Below are positions 39,920-51,734 of a DNA stretch of 64,000 nt, one piece after another. Origin of the DNA: Psilocybe cubensis. Taxonomy: Eukaryota. A program made the position numbers and the translations under genes. The stretch is taken from the NCBI GenBank assembly GCA_017499595.2, contig CM039008.1:2852001-2916000 (forward strand), given 5' to 3'. Each line of letters opens with the position of its first letter. The stretch's first letter is position 1. Under the pieces are notes generated by a model. It ran no database searches, had not been told where the DNA came from, and saw nothing but the letters and a program-made list of their open reading frames with translations.

Positions 39920-41544
39920 CTAAGATTCCTCATCCCAGGGTGTTTCCGACACGTCCTCGCTAAGCTCTTCTGAGTTACCGGAAGCATCTGACTCCTCCGT
40001 CGTATCACCGGCGGAAGACTCCTCATCCGCCTCCTCTTCAAAGTCCTGTGCGAGATGCTCTAAAAACGTAGCTGGTGTAGAGGATTCAGTGGTATCAGAC
40101 GTACTATCAATATCATCCTCTTCTCCCGGGAAAACAGGTCTTGACCTTGCGTTAAAAAGGAAGGCATTGCTGGTGTGTGCATTTGACGGAGGGCTGACGG
40201 AACCGGGCGTAGGCAGAGTATCTGTTGGGAGATGAATATTTGCAGTGTTGGAGGGTGGCGAATGATACCAGAGTGGATGAAAAGGTAGTTCCTTGACGGC
40301 AATAAAAGAATAAAAAATGTCGTTGATGTAAAATGAAGCGACTTTGAGCTTTGAGACCTCGAAGGACCGGGCTTGAGCCGTTATAGCGCCCCAACTGTCA
40401 GGAGAAGGGTGAACGGGATGCTGAAATTTGTATTTGGCTGAAAGCCCCTTGCCGTTAGAGAACGGGAGCTCCTTAGAGTCAATCCACATCTTCTCCAATA
40501 CAGAATATCTGCCCAAGGCGACCGAAGAAGTAGTCACTGCTTTATGGGCATTCTTCATTTTGTCCGCCACATTCCGGCGCAGGTGAGCCAACTCCCTCAT
40601 TACGCCCGTTAGGATAGGCTGACCGCAGCGGGGACAGTAGGGCGGTCTGTGGTCAGAAATTGCAATTGGGGATGTTTCATCCCGCGTGTTTGCAACACGG
40701 GTCGGCGGATTGGGTTTCCCCGTGGGCGGTGAAAACGCGGAGCCGTGCTTTCCCGTCAACGCGGATCCGTGCTTCCCCGAGGTGGGGACGGATGTCCGTT
40801 CAGCCGCCTTTCCCTTGCCCTTGGGATTGTTTTCTTGATTTCTTGGAGGCCCAGAGGTGGATGAACTTGCGCCCTCCTTAGCTTCTTTCCTCTGATTGTT
40901 TAGCCGGAGTACCTCTTGTTGGTATTCAGGCAGAACCACCTGGTGGGAAGGACGCAAATCAGATATAATCCACAGCAATAAAAAAACATACCTTGTTCCA
41001 AAATTCTCTTGCTTGCGATTCAACGGTAACAAAGGCAACTTGCCACTCATCGCCTTCAGCAAATCCGTCCCTCCACCAATATCCCCAGCTCTTGGTCTGA
41101 TTTAAAATTTCATCATCTTCCCATGCTGACCAGCTTTGATTTAGAGATTCAAATAGAACAGCTCGATGGTGGGGAGTTCGGTTCAAAACGGCATGTACGC
41201 TCTGATTGAGAATTTCTGATATAAAAAATGGAATATCGACTTGGAATCCATTGACATAGCAGTATCCGAGTACTCTCAGCAGTATAGCCTATCGAGCAGT
41301 TCTCAATGCAAGATATAATAGTTCAAAATTACTGTCTTACCACCTCTAGGTCAAGCAAATACATCCATTTTTGGCGACGCACGGAGGAAACAGAGTCTCC
41401 GTTTGCAATGAACAAACGGTATCCGGCACGGATCCGTGCACCACAAATATGGACATGAACTTTGGCCAGAGCACGTCGCTCATCATAGGTAAGGAGATGA
41501 TGTTCGTCCTCGACAGGAGGTTTAAAAAGCCGCGGTAAGTGCAT
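39920..41544 (-). CDS. KDZ cargo protein of unknown function (CxxC motif, acidic C-terminus; multi-exon)
   Basis: MHLPRLFKPP..LLDLE | ..SWSAWEDDEILNQ..EFWNK | VVLPEYQQ..YCPRCGQP..EEEADEESS..WDEES. GT-AG introns. Start codon uncertain. Confidence 0.65.
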
Positions 41545-41588
41545 GAATTCAACAAGATGAGATACAACAAGAATGTTCAAAGAACTGG

Positions 41589-44500
41589 TTAATCTGTAAT
41601 TATAAATCTCCACACGGACGGATACTCCGGGTTAATTTGACGGAAGACCTTATCCGCGGCCCGCCCCAGATCATTCCACATGGCAATCTGCTTTTGAGCA
41701 TTTGCCCTGTGACCAACTAACCTGTCAGGAACAAAATCATGCCGTGCACGCCATGTCTTTGCCATATACACATAAAATCTGACAGTCCATTCCATTTCCT
41801 TTTTTGTCAAGGCCAGCTCCTCTTGCCATCTATTCCTCTGAGCTCGCGCGCGGAGCCAGTTTAGCCTAAAGACTAAGAAGCCCTTGAGAAAAAAATTAGA
41901 AATACAAATAGCAGTACTCACACTCATTAACGTATAATTGATTATCATTGTCCAGGCCCTGACGGGATCTCCAAATCCAACTTAGACGGTCCGAGCTTCC
42001 TCCGCAAATGTTCGGATCCGACACGGCATTACTATGCTTGCAATCATGGACTTGCAGAATGGGATATTGTTTCCGAATATTATCCTCGTCTCGCACGCCA
42101 GCAGATAAATAGATCATCTTCTGACGGTTTGTGTTGTAGAGTCGCCGGTGCAATTTCCAGGAAGCATTCAAAAGCTTGACGCCATCCCAAGCACGAGTCC
42201 CCATATAGACGGAGTCGGCGGTCCGAACCTGATATTTATACTGCCAAGAAAGCTGGATCAAGGCTGACCGGACCGCTTCCAGACAGTCCTCTGCGTGGCC
42301 ATGTCTTATTTGAAGTTCAAGTTTGCGAAGCCCTTTTAAAATGAGGTTTGTTCCCGCGTCAAGGCCGTCAAAGAAATCTTGTTTGACGGCGGAGGGAAAC
42401 GGAAGCGGCTGTCGTTCCGGATCCGCGCGGGTAATGTTGACATTTCCAAGATCAGGATCGTCGTTGTCACTGACTTCATAGTCAAGTATGGGAGCGATGT
42501 CCCCTTGAATATCCTCCAAGACATCTTCGCCCATGAAGGTCATAGCGGATCGACAGAAGGCTTCAACGCGGGTCCGCATGGAGCGACGTTTATTGACCAA
42601 GTCAAGTTTCTGCGCGGTGGAAGGATGCTTTCCGAGCTTTCTGACATGGTCCCTGAGCTCCAATCTAAAAACATGTTAAATTCTGTAGGATGCAATTGAA
42701 ATAATCGTACTGCGCTTGCTCCAGTTTTAAGCCGGATGATATCCATGCTGCCTTTCCAGTAGCACCATTAGATGTAAGTTCCATATTTGAAAGATGCAAT
42801 TCAATTTCTTGGCGTCCAGCAGCCGTTTTCACTTTGCTTGCCATTACCTTGCCAACAGCGTCGGCCACACCTTGTTCTCGGTCCGCTTCTGCTTTTGAAA
42901 TTTCATCTTCCCAAGTGTTGATGAGCCCGGAATCTTGTTGATCCGTGATACCCCTATAAAATCGGTCTGTGATTCCGGACTGTTCCCGTGCCCGTTTGAA
43001 CTTTGCAGCAATTGTTGCAGCCATATTAATGGTCTTCTTCCAGTTGGAATCCCCCATGTGGTCGTCCAAAACCTCTGCTCAATGGGCAGTGGTAGCGGAA
43101 CGTGTACTCCGGGATGTGTCATTTAACACGGACCACAACGGCTCCAGGATTTCTCCGTCAATGATTCCCACACCCGGGACATAGGTGGATGCGTAGTTGT
43201 AAAGACATTCCGTCTTGTGCCCGTGGACGTGAAATAAACCAATTGCAAAAATCATTTTAACAGAAGGTGGCCAATGCATTTTTGTGGACTCTGAGAGACG
43301 CCTTGCCAAGTTAACGCAATATTGACAGTTTATATCGTAGATTTCCAAATGTTTTGTGATTCCCTGTGTGTTGGTAGTTTCCCTGGCCTGAGTCAAAGAC
43401 CAATCCATGTGCATCTGCTTTTCACCTTTGTCAAAATCGACAACGCTGGATGGACAGAAGCATCCGTGCCTAGCGCAAGCGTGTGCCCCAATTCCACGTA
43501 CTCTCTTACCCGGGCTGACTCTGTTTTCAGCTTTCTGGGCGTGGTAGTTATGACATGTTTGTTCCTGATATTTTTTGACACGGAAAGTAAGCATCCGCCG
43601 TAGAAGATTTTGACACGGAGCGTAAGCATCCGCCGTGAAAGATAAATCATGGTAGATAACGCACCCGTTTATAACGTGGAGCAAGAGAAATTGCTTCCTT
43701 AATGTGCTCCTTGTAAGGGCCCGGAGCAGTCATGTATCCTTCTCCAACGCTCAACCAAACATCGTCTCCCTCGTTTTTCTGATTGAGGTGATCTGCTTTG
43801 AAATTACCATCTGCAACATAACTACGTATGTACAGATTGCTACTTGCTGTTAATTGCAGTCACCCTTGAAGAATAACTAAAACTTGCCTATCAGCATCAT
43901 CAATCCAGGTATCAGGTAGGTTTATTCCAGGCTGTGGACAGGCGGGGCAGAATAAGGCCAACTTCCCTCTCCTATCTTCAACTTCGGGATGATCCTCGGT
44001 CCGCGTCATTTGTGGTACAGGCGGACCATCTAATCCGCCGTGTCCCAGAGACGGGTCCGTTGACATTCCGACTTCTTGAGACGGACTATCAGATCCGCCG
44101 TCAATTGGATCAGATACATTAATACCCATCCTCTCTGGTGATGAATCATGGCAATGACGATAGTAAGGGACCACCGCTTCTCTTGTATGCCCTTCTCCGT
44201 ATTGTCGTCTCAGGACAAGGTCCCTGTATTCTCTACTAAGCCTTCTCAATTCACGATAGCGGTTCAGCACCTTTTTTGGAAACGCTGGCGAAGTCAGTCT
44301 TCGCAACTTTTGGTAATACTGATAAGCCGACGTTTTGCACTCGAGGTTGTCCATCCGAAAGTCCTCAAGGACCTCAACTGTGAACACAGTTTGAACGTTT
44401 TCAAAGCTGGCTGCAAATAATCCCATCTCCAGATACTGTAAATCGATAGACGGAAGGCGGACGGACCGGCATGTGCATGTTCGCACGGGCAGATAATGGA

Positions 44501-45472
44501 CTCCGGAGGTGTGCACAATTGCCTTGAAAGGAATTCCATTGTTGTCTGCTGCCTTTGGACGAGGTTGGTCCAGATAGGTTGTATCGACTTCCTCGAATAG
44601 ATCATCGTCTTCATCGTCTCCATCGTCCAGCTCAACCAAATGGGGTACCTCCGGGTCCGCCAGAAGCTGAGCCGTAAAGGATTCTTGGTCATTGCTCGCA
44701 GGAAGCGGATCCAGGTCCAATCCGTGTTCATCTTCAAAGACGGGCGAATTGTTTCCGCCGTGCCCATGACTCCCGGATGAATTGTTTCCGCCGTCCCATC
44801 CTAGGTGGCTCGGATCCGTGGGATAAGGACAACGTTTCCCATTATGACCCAAATACAACTTGACACCCACTTCCCACAGAGCTCCCGGACGGAAATATAG
44901 ACCCGTCCACTTCTCAACGCGGTGGAAAGGTGTAAATTGATGGTTTCTTCGCAGGCATTCAGAACACAAAATTCTAGAGCCAAAGCATTGGCAACATCTC
45001 CACACTCCAGACATTCCTTGACATTGCTGACACTGTCCATTCAGATCCGGATCCGGGGCTTCTCCTCCAATCATTGTTCCAAGATACACCTCTCGTTTCG
45101 GGAGCCATTCCCTCAGGTAATCATTTTGAGACTGGATAGGTAAAGTCATCCTGATCATTCTACTGAAAACATGTTAAAACATACCTTTCCTCCCGTTCTG
45201 TCGTCATCTAGCTGTCTCAGGTTATCAAGTACCTGCTGATCAGTTAGATCTCCCGGATAATGAGGTATTTCTTCTTCCAGAATGTTGTGTTCATGGTTTT
45301 GGAAAGAGTAAGTCGTTGTTTGAGGGAGGTTTGTTGATGATGATTCTGCAGGAAGTTTGTGGATCCTCGGCCGCCCTCTCTTTCGTTTCTTGGCCCCACT
45401 AGACCAGGAGGCCTCCCGAACATTGGGAAACTCCTCATCCGATCCCCTATCAGGTACTTTCTTGAAGCCCAT
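41589..45472 (-). pseudogene. CxC2-KDZ transposase (about 6 exons) with one premature stop at 43079-43081
   Basis: CQQC..CCQC..CSEC..H..PFHRVEKW; VHTSGVH..CTC (CxC2); LFCPACPQPGINLP; DGNFK; CARHGCF..VDFDKGEK; YDINCQY; FHVHGH..C; DGEILEPLWS; H-TGA-AEVLDDHMGDSNWKK; NWLRARAQRNRWQEE. Confidence 0.92.
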
Positions 45473-46351
45473 GGATGTTGGAAACAAAGAGTCTGACAGC
45501 CTGTGAGCGCAGATCTAAATGTAGTATAACATGTTTATTTCTGTAGATAAATTTCCCTCAATTATGCCGTTTTAAAGAGGAGAAAAATAGCTTTCATATG
45601 ACTTATCTTGCAGCATATTTGGATGAGTGAGTGAAATGTTATGAACAAAACTTAATCCAGAGATGCACAAAATGGACGTGATCCCATCATAAATGTACAA
45701 TATGATGCAGAACGACCCTTTCAGAACCACACTTTGGAGTGTTTTTGAAATATCTTTTCACTGGCTGGCCCCTCATTCCTCCGGCGTATATCATATGAAA
45801 GATATTTTTAATAGCTACCGAATGACATTTTTTGTAGAATGTGAATCCTCGTATTTAAGGAGATATTCTCAATATACTAGAAAATGTGTCAAAATGAGCT
45901 CACTGGGATCATTATATTTTTTGAAAAAAATTATGCATTTGAATACCTCTCATGGTCTCTGAGATGACTGCCGTTTTGGGTTTCACAAGTTTTGGGTGAG
46001 AAGACGTGAATTTGCATTTTGTGTTTCTGTATCTTTACAGCCATCTGACAAGAATTTAAAACCTTGTAAAATTATCTTTATATAAAGCGCTAAATGTTTA
46101 CAAAATTCCATGTTTATTGATTGAATGCAGAGGGAACTATTGCAAAATCATGAGGTCAATGTATGTGACAGCGACCAGCATGCTTTGATCATCGTGGCCG
46201 ACGATGAAGCGGGATTACCTGATTGGGAAAAATATGACATCACATCATTTATTTAGTATGATCGGAAGCTTATTTTATCTCCGTATAACGTGAGATTTGA
46301 CCAGATCACACAGATACTCATCGATAAGCTACTTGTTACATCACTGCAATT

Positions 46352-48662
46352 ATGCCCACCAATGCATCCCCCGACGCGGATCCGCTTCCTTCTACCGCAA
46401 ATGCCACAACCCACAACGGACCCAGAAACGGACAGACGGCGGAGGGTGACTTTCCGCCGGAAGAATCAAATATTTGGACAACAAAGGAAATGCGCGTGTT
46501 GAAAAAGCATGTACAGCCCTACAAAGATACATCAAAGTCATCCAAAGCAGACTACATACAGAACACTGTCATACCTGAGCTGCAAGCTACATGGGATCAC
46601 AGATACTCTAGACGTGCTAGGAAGGAAGATAAGCAACTACACAAAGAATGGAAGGTGAAGAAGCATGTGAGCTCGTTGTTTCTTTGAAAATTTTGTTACA
46701 CACATAAACCATCACAATAGCGAATATTTAATTGGTTTAGAAACCATGCGTCAAATCGAATTGGTGTAAAATTGGAAGGATTGAACTCCCGTATAACCTT
46801 TCAGACGGTATTCCGTGAGGAGAAGTCGGCAGAGATTGACTCCGAGGTTGCGCTTCTATCAGGGAATGCTGCTCGTGGAAGTAAAGATTGGATGAAGTTT
46901 TATCAACAAGGACGTAAGCAGGTTGAGGCCAGATTGACTCAGGAGGAGCGGGACAGGTTCATGGAGATCCTCGAGGAATGGAATAAGAAAGGTGTTTCAA
47001 AATCAATGAAGGCAAAGTGAGTCGGTGGAACTTGTTTCCGCCGTCAATCTGACATCTGCAGGACTGCTGCCAGGCAAGGCAGAAAAATACTTCGACAAAT
47101 GGAGAAACTTAAGTGGCAGAGAATGGGTATGAGGTCCATTACCTTTGAGGGGCATTATGATATTGAGGGTAAAATCGAATACTCAATGTAAGTGTTAAAC
47201 ACGGCATGAACAAGTTCCGCCGTGAATGCTTACGGCGGAAACTTTATCCGCCGTAAACACCCTACGGCGGATAAAGTTTCCGCCGTAAGCATTCGCGGCG
47301 GAATAATTTGGCCCGTATTAATGTTGACTGATGGGCATTGAAGGACCCAGACAAGCGATCTAGCACTCGACGATGTCAGAATTCCTTCCTTTGGGCAACT
47401 CTTTCCATCCGAGTTGGCCGCTTTTCGCAGAGCGTTTGTTCAATACCTCGTCCACATTTCAGAAATAGAGAAGGGTGTGGCCAATCCAGCACTGCCAGAT
47501 GCATCGTTTCATGAAAAATCCCTCAAGTTTAGCAGCAATGGATTTCCAATAGTACCTAGTCCTATCTATGGCTCAACTGGGAGAGAAGTCGCTTATGCAC
47601 AAAAGTCAATTATTAGAATTTACATGAACAAGGTTTATGGTGTGTAATTTGTCTATGTCCTCAACAAACTTGCTAACTATGTATACAGCTTTAGCCAAGG
47701 ACAGGCCTGGTTCAAGTGTTCCTTGGGATGCTCTTGAAAGGCGTTCTGCAGAAATGATTGATCCAGAGTATTGGCCAAGTTCAATCCCCGTGACGGATCC
47801 GAGCCGGCTCCGCCTGGAGTCAACCTCTGCAATTCTCAAGCTATGGAGGGACCGTCAAGCCCAAGGAGACATCCCCTTTAAATTTTCAAAGGTTTTTGGA
47901 AATGGCTATGATATTATGGAACCTCTCTATCCGTCCAACTTGTTTGACGGCCTAGAAGCCCACCCGATACCTCCACCTCCTGCAGCAATAACCAAACGTC
48001 GCCTGAGGCAAAAAGCTATACGACTTCAAACCCAATCTTCAAGCGACTCTGAATCATCCAATCTGTCAGAGTTTGATAATGGACGGGGCAGTCCGGCATC
48101 CGCGATGCCACGCACTACTGCCAGATTTGAAGTCACGCCAGAGACGGATGAGACTCCTACCGACGCACCTTCAAGATCTAGCGAGCCACCCTCTCTACCA
48201 AGTAGATCCAGCCCAACAATTGTCAATCCATCATCCAGCCCAACTCCAGAGGTTGAGGAGGCGCCTCCCAAGCCAGCTAGAAAGATTATGCCAAGAAAAA
48301 GAACAAAGCCATATGTCGGAACGGCGGAAATGGACGGACCCGATGAAGAGAGTTCTGTACCCCCCCCAGTTAAGCCAAAACCAACTAGAAGGATTCAACC
48401 TAGGAAAAGAACAAAGCCCTACTCAGATCCACTTGACACAGTGGAAGAAGATGGAGTCCAAACAGGAACAACCCAAGACACGGATAATACACGGGCCGGC
48501 AGGGACGTGACTTGTGATGCCTTTGTGGAGACAGTAACAAGTCCAGATACGGATGAAACACGGGCCCGCAGGAATGTGACTTCGGATGCCTTAGCACTTC
48601 AGGAAGCAAGTCTGCTTGCTGTAGCAGGTAAAAGACAAAGAAAAAAAACTTTGAAAGCCTAG
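46352..48662 (+). CDS. KDZ-associated nuclear protein with helical/HMG-like N-terminal domains and an S/P-rich basic tail (5 exons)
   Basis: WTTKEMRVL..RIFNWFRNH; WMKFYQQGRKQVEARLTQEERDRFMEILEEWNKKG; VPWDAL..IDPEYWP..DPSRL; NLS-like KRQRKK. The HMG label rests on resemblance plus the known TET-transposase-HMG gene linkage. Confidence 0.7.
47215..47303. repeat. Intronic palindrome with 41-bp arms and a 7-nt loop, built from CCGCCGT motifs
   Basis: ttccgccgtgaatgcttacggcggaaactttatccgccgta-aacaccc-tacggcggataaagtttccgccgtaagcattcgcggcggaa (1 mismatch). Confidence 0.93.
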
Positions 48663-48927
48663 CTGTTGAAGTAGATTCATGATACCTATTGAATGTGATG
48701 CTTTTTATTCTTATCTTGATGTTTCTCAAACATGTTTTCACACAAAATCAAAACAGAAAGCGGGTTCATTAAAAATCATCAAGTGCTACTTTTTGGGAGA
48801 GATATAAAACAGATGAGCACATGAGAGTAAAAACTATATACAGTCCAAATATTAAAAATTGTACAATGCAATCTATGAGACAAGGCAAAAAAGGAGACCA
48901 AAAAAAGTTACAAAGATTTGAAATACA

Positions 48928-51505
48928 CTACTTTTTTTGGGCCTTGGGTTTTTTGGGCGAGCACGATGCTTCAGCCAGAGTCGTTTCCGCCTTTCGCTTC
49001 CGTCCAGCCCTTGTCTTTGTGGCTATGTTCGACGCGGGCAGCGTGGACGCCACGATCTCAACATCCTCCTCCACAATTTCAACCTCGTCGCTGTCCGAGG
49101 GATCAGACAACTCCGATGAGTGTCCATTCCCGGATGGCCCAGCCTTGGAGGATGGCTTAGCCTTTGACAATGGCTTAGCCTTTGAGGATGGGCCGGCCTT
49201 TGACGATGACGATGGCGCGGCCTTTGACGATGGTGCACCCTTTGACAACGGTGCGGCCTTTGACGTCGAACTTCGAGGACGTGGAGCTGGGAGAGGGGGT
49301 GGTGGAGACAGGGAAAGGACGGGTGGTACCGGTGGGAGCGAGGGTCGGCCAGCTGGGGGGGGCGAAGGCGCTTCTGGAGTCGAACCGGGCAAGAATAGCT
49401 CTATTGGTGGCGCAGACACGGCAGGGAAGACGGGTGCGGGTGGAGGTGGGGGTGGGGAAGGGAGGACAGGTGCTGGCGGTGGTGGAGGAGGGGAAGGGAG
49501 AATGGGTGCTGCTGGAGGTGGAGGTGGGGAAGGGAGGGGTGCTGGCGGTGGTGGTGGGCTGGGGGATTGTGGCGCAGAGGTGGGTTCACGGGTCCGCGAC
49601 GGACCCGATTCTTGTTCGACCTCCGTCTTGGAGGGTTCTGCTGCCTGTTTGGGGGCGGGATTCCTTTGTTCATCCTGCTCCAGCAAAACCCCGACCACGT
49701 ACTGAACGTCCTGGATCGCCTGCTTGATGTTGTTGAACATCGTGACGGAAAGCGAAGTGTTTCCTGCCACTTGTTCTTTTGCCGTGGTCCACTCGGCCTT
49801 CAGCTCTTGGAAGCTGTCCTCGACGGTCTTCATCCTCTTCTCCACCGCCAAGTTTGTCTCGGCGAACGTTGCAATCCGTGCGTTTATCGCCGTCATGGAC
49901 GCGGAAAGGCCATCCATCCGTTCCATCAGTCGGCCTTGTCGCTCAAACAGCTGCACAAGCAGCTCTCCCACATCCTCGGGGAACGACCCTTCCCCGGCCT
50001 TCCCCTTCGCCGGAACATCCTCTCCCTCCTCCAACTTCAACACCTCCCCGTAACTTCCCAGCGGCGTCGAGAGGTTGAATTGCCCGGCGACAGTGTTGCG
50101 TCCCGGGTAGAAACGTCCCGGGTAGAAACTGCAGTGAATCTTGCGAGACTTGCAAGACTCGCAAGATTGGTGCTTTACGGGGACGAGAGGCTCAGTGCCT
50201 GTCTCTCCCTTGACATGGCACGGCACCTTGAATTTGGTGCATCCCGTGCACCTTTCCACCATATCCACCATCCCCTCCGGCACCTGGCGCGCTTTCTCGG
50301 ATCTCGACCGCGCCTTCCTGATGGGGGGGATATTGTCCTGGTTGGCGTCCTTCTTTGCAGACCGGGTGAGCATCTTCCGGGTGGGGGTGGTAGGCGAGGC
50401 CTCTTGGTCATCGCCTTCGTCGTCCTCGTCGACGTCGGCGTCCGCGTCTTCGTCCGTGTGGCTTCCTATGATTGCTTTGCTCTTGAACTTCCCCTGCTTG
50501 GACTTCGCCAATCTTTCCAGCTTCTCCCTGTACGCTGGGTGACCAGGCATGTTGGAGGCGGTGATGTGGGGAATGATTTCCCCCTTCCTTGTCCGTGGGC
50601 CCCTGTAGTCCGCTGGAGCCAACTGAATGGACTCCACGGGGTCCGCCGCTTTCCGTTTGCCCTTGTCTTTGTGGGCGTCTGTCACGGGTCCGTCTTCCAC
50701 CGGGGGTTCGACTGCCTTGCCCTTGCCCTTCTCGGCCCGTCTCTTCTCCGTCTCCTCCTTGTTCCTCTCCTCGTCTGTCTCCTGCTCCTGCTCCTGCTCC
50801 CTCTTCCTCCTCTCCTCCGCCTTCTGCCTCTCCTGCTCCCTGGTCTTCCTCTCCTGCTCCCTCTTCCTCCTCTCCTCCTTCCTCCTCTCCTCCACCTTCT
50901 GCTTCTCTTCCTCCCTCTTCCTCCTCTCCTCCTCCCTCTGCCTCTCCTCCTCCTCCTCCCTCTGCCTCTCCTCTTCCTCCTCCCTCTTCTTCTTCTCCTC
51001 CCTCTTCCTCCTCACCTCCCTCTTCCTCCTCTCCTCCACCCTCTGCCTCTCCTCCTCCTCTTGCTCCTCCTTCTCCCTCCTCTTCTCTTGCTCTTCCTCC
51101 TCCCTCCTCTTCCTCTGTGCCTCCTGGCCTTGCTGGTATGCCTTGAAATTTGCGACTTGATGATGCAAATTTGCCCAGTCGACCTCGAACCTTGCTACCT
51201 GCTTGCCGTCCTTGCCCTGGCTGGTCTTGTATGAATACACGACAGGGCTTGCGACATAATCCACGAGGCGGAAGTTGGCCGCGTCCCTGACGTGTTCTTG
51301 ACACAGTGGAACCTATTTGGATGAATTTTTTTTGTTCAGTAAGTCTTATGCTCAAGGGATATCGATTACTCACCAAGTCCCTGTAGAGCTGCTCCAACTG
51401 AGCGTTGAACGCGCTTTCGCCATTGCGGTAGCACTCTGTAAAGGTTTTTTCCCAGTCAGCAAGGCGTTGGGCGAAGGTGGCGGTGGTGGAAGATGAAGAG
51501 GCCAT
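48928..51505 (-). CDS. KDZ cargo protein: E/R/K single-alpha-helix/coiled coil, Zn2Cys6-like cluster, coiled coil, polyproline, NLS (2 exons)
   Basis: MASSSSTT..LYRDL | intron ~51313-51373 | long ORF with CTGCTKFKVPC-x16-CESCKSRKIHC, then heptads (LMERMDGLSASMTAINARIATF), PSPPPPP repeats and PKKPKAQKK. Confidence 0.8.
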
Positions 51506-51734
51506 TGGGAAAGCGTTTTTTTTGGGGGGGAAGACGCGTTAATGGGTGAGGCACGGTAGAACGTGGGGTGGTGATCGTGGTTGGAGTTAGTCTAAAAAAA
51601 GTCTAAAAAAAAGCGGTCCCGCAAAACAAAACCATACACAAACATGTACAATCTGAGTCATGTGATTTCTTCACCAGATCCAGTTTGTGCAAAAGTTGCT
51701 AAGTTCGATACACGGGTGAATCTATTTCCGTGTC

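Noticed and set aside
41544-41640. Fusion of the transposase to the downstream cargo gene
   Set aside because: Would need an implausibly short intron (~26 nt); kept as two genes pending cDNA evidence.
48821-51234. Plus-strand ORFs of 294 and 555 aa
   Set aside because: Antisense to the Zn-cluster/coiled-coil gene; low complexity.
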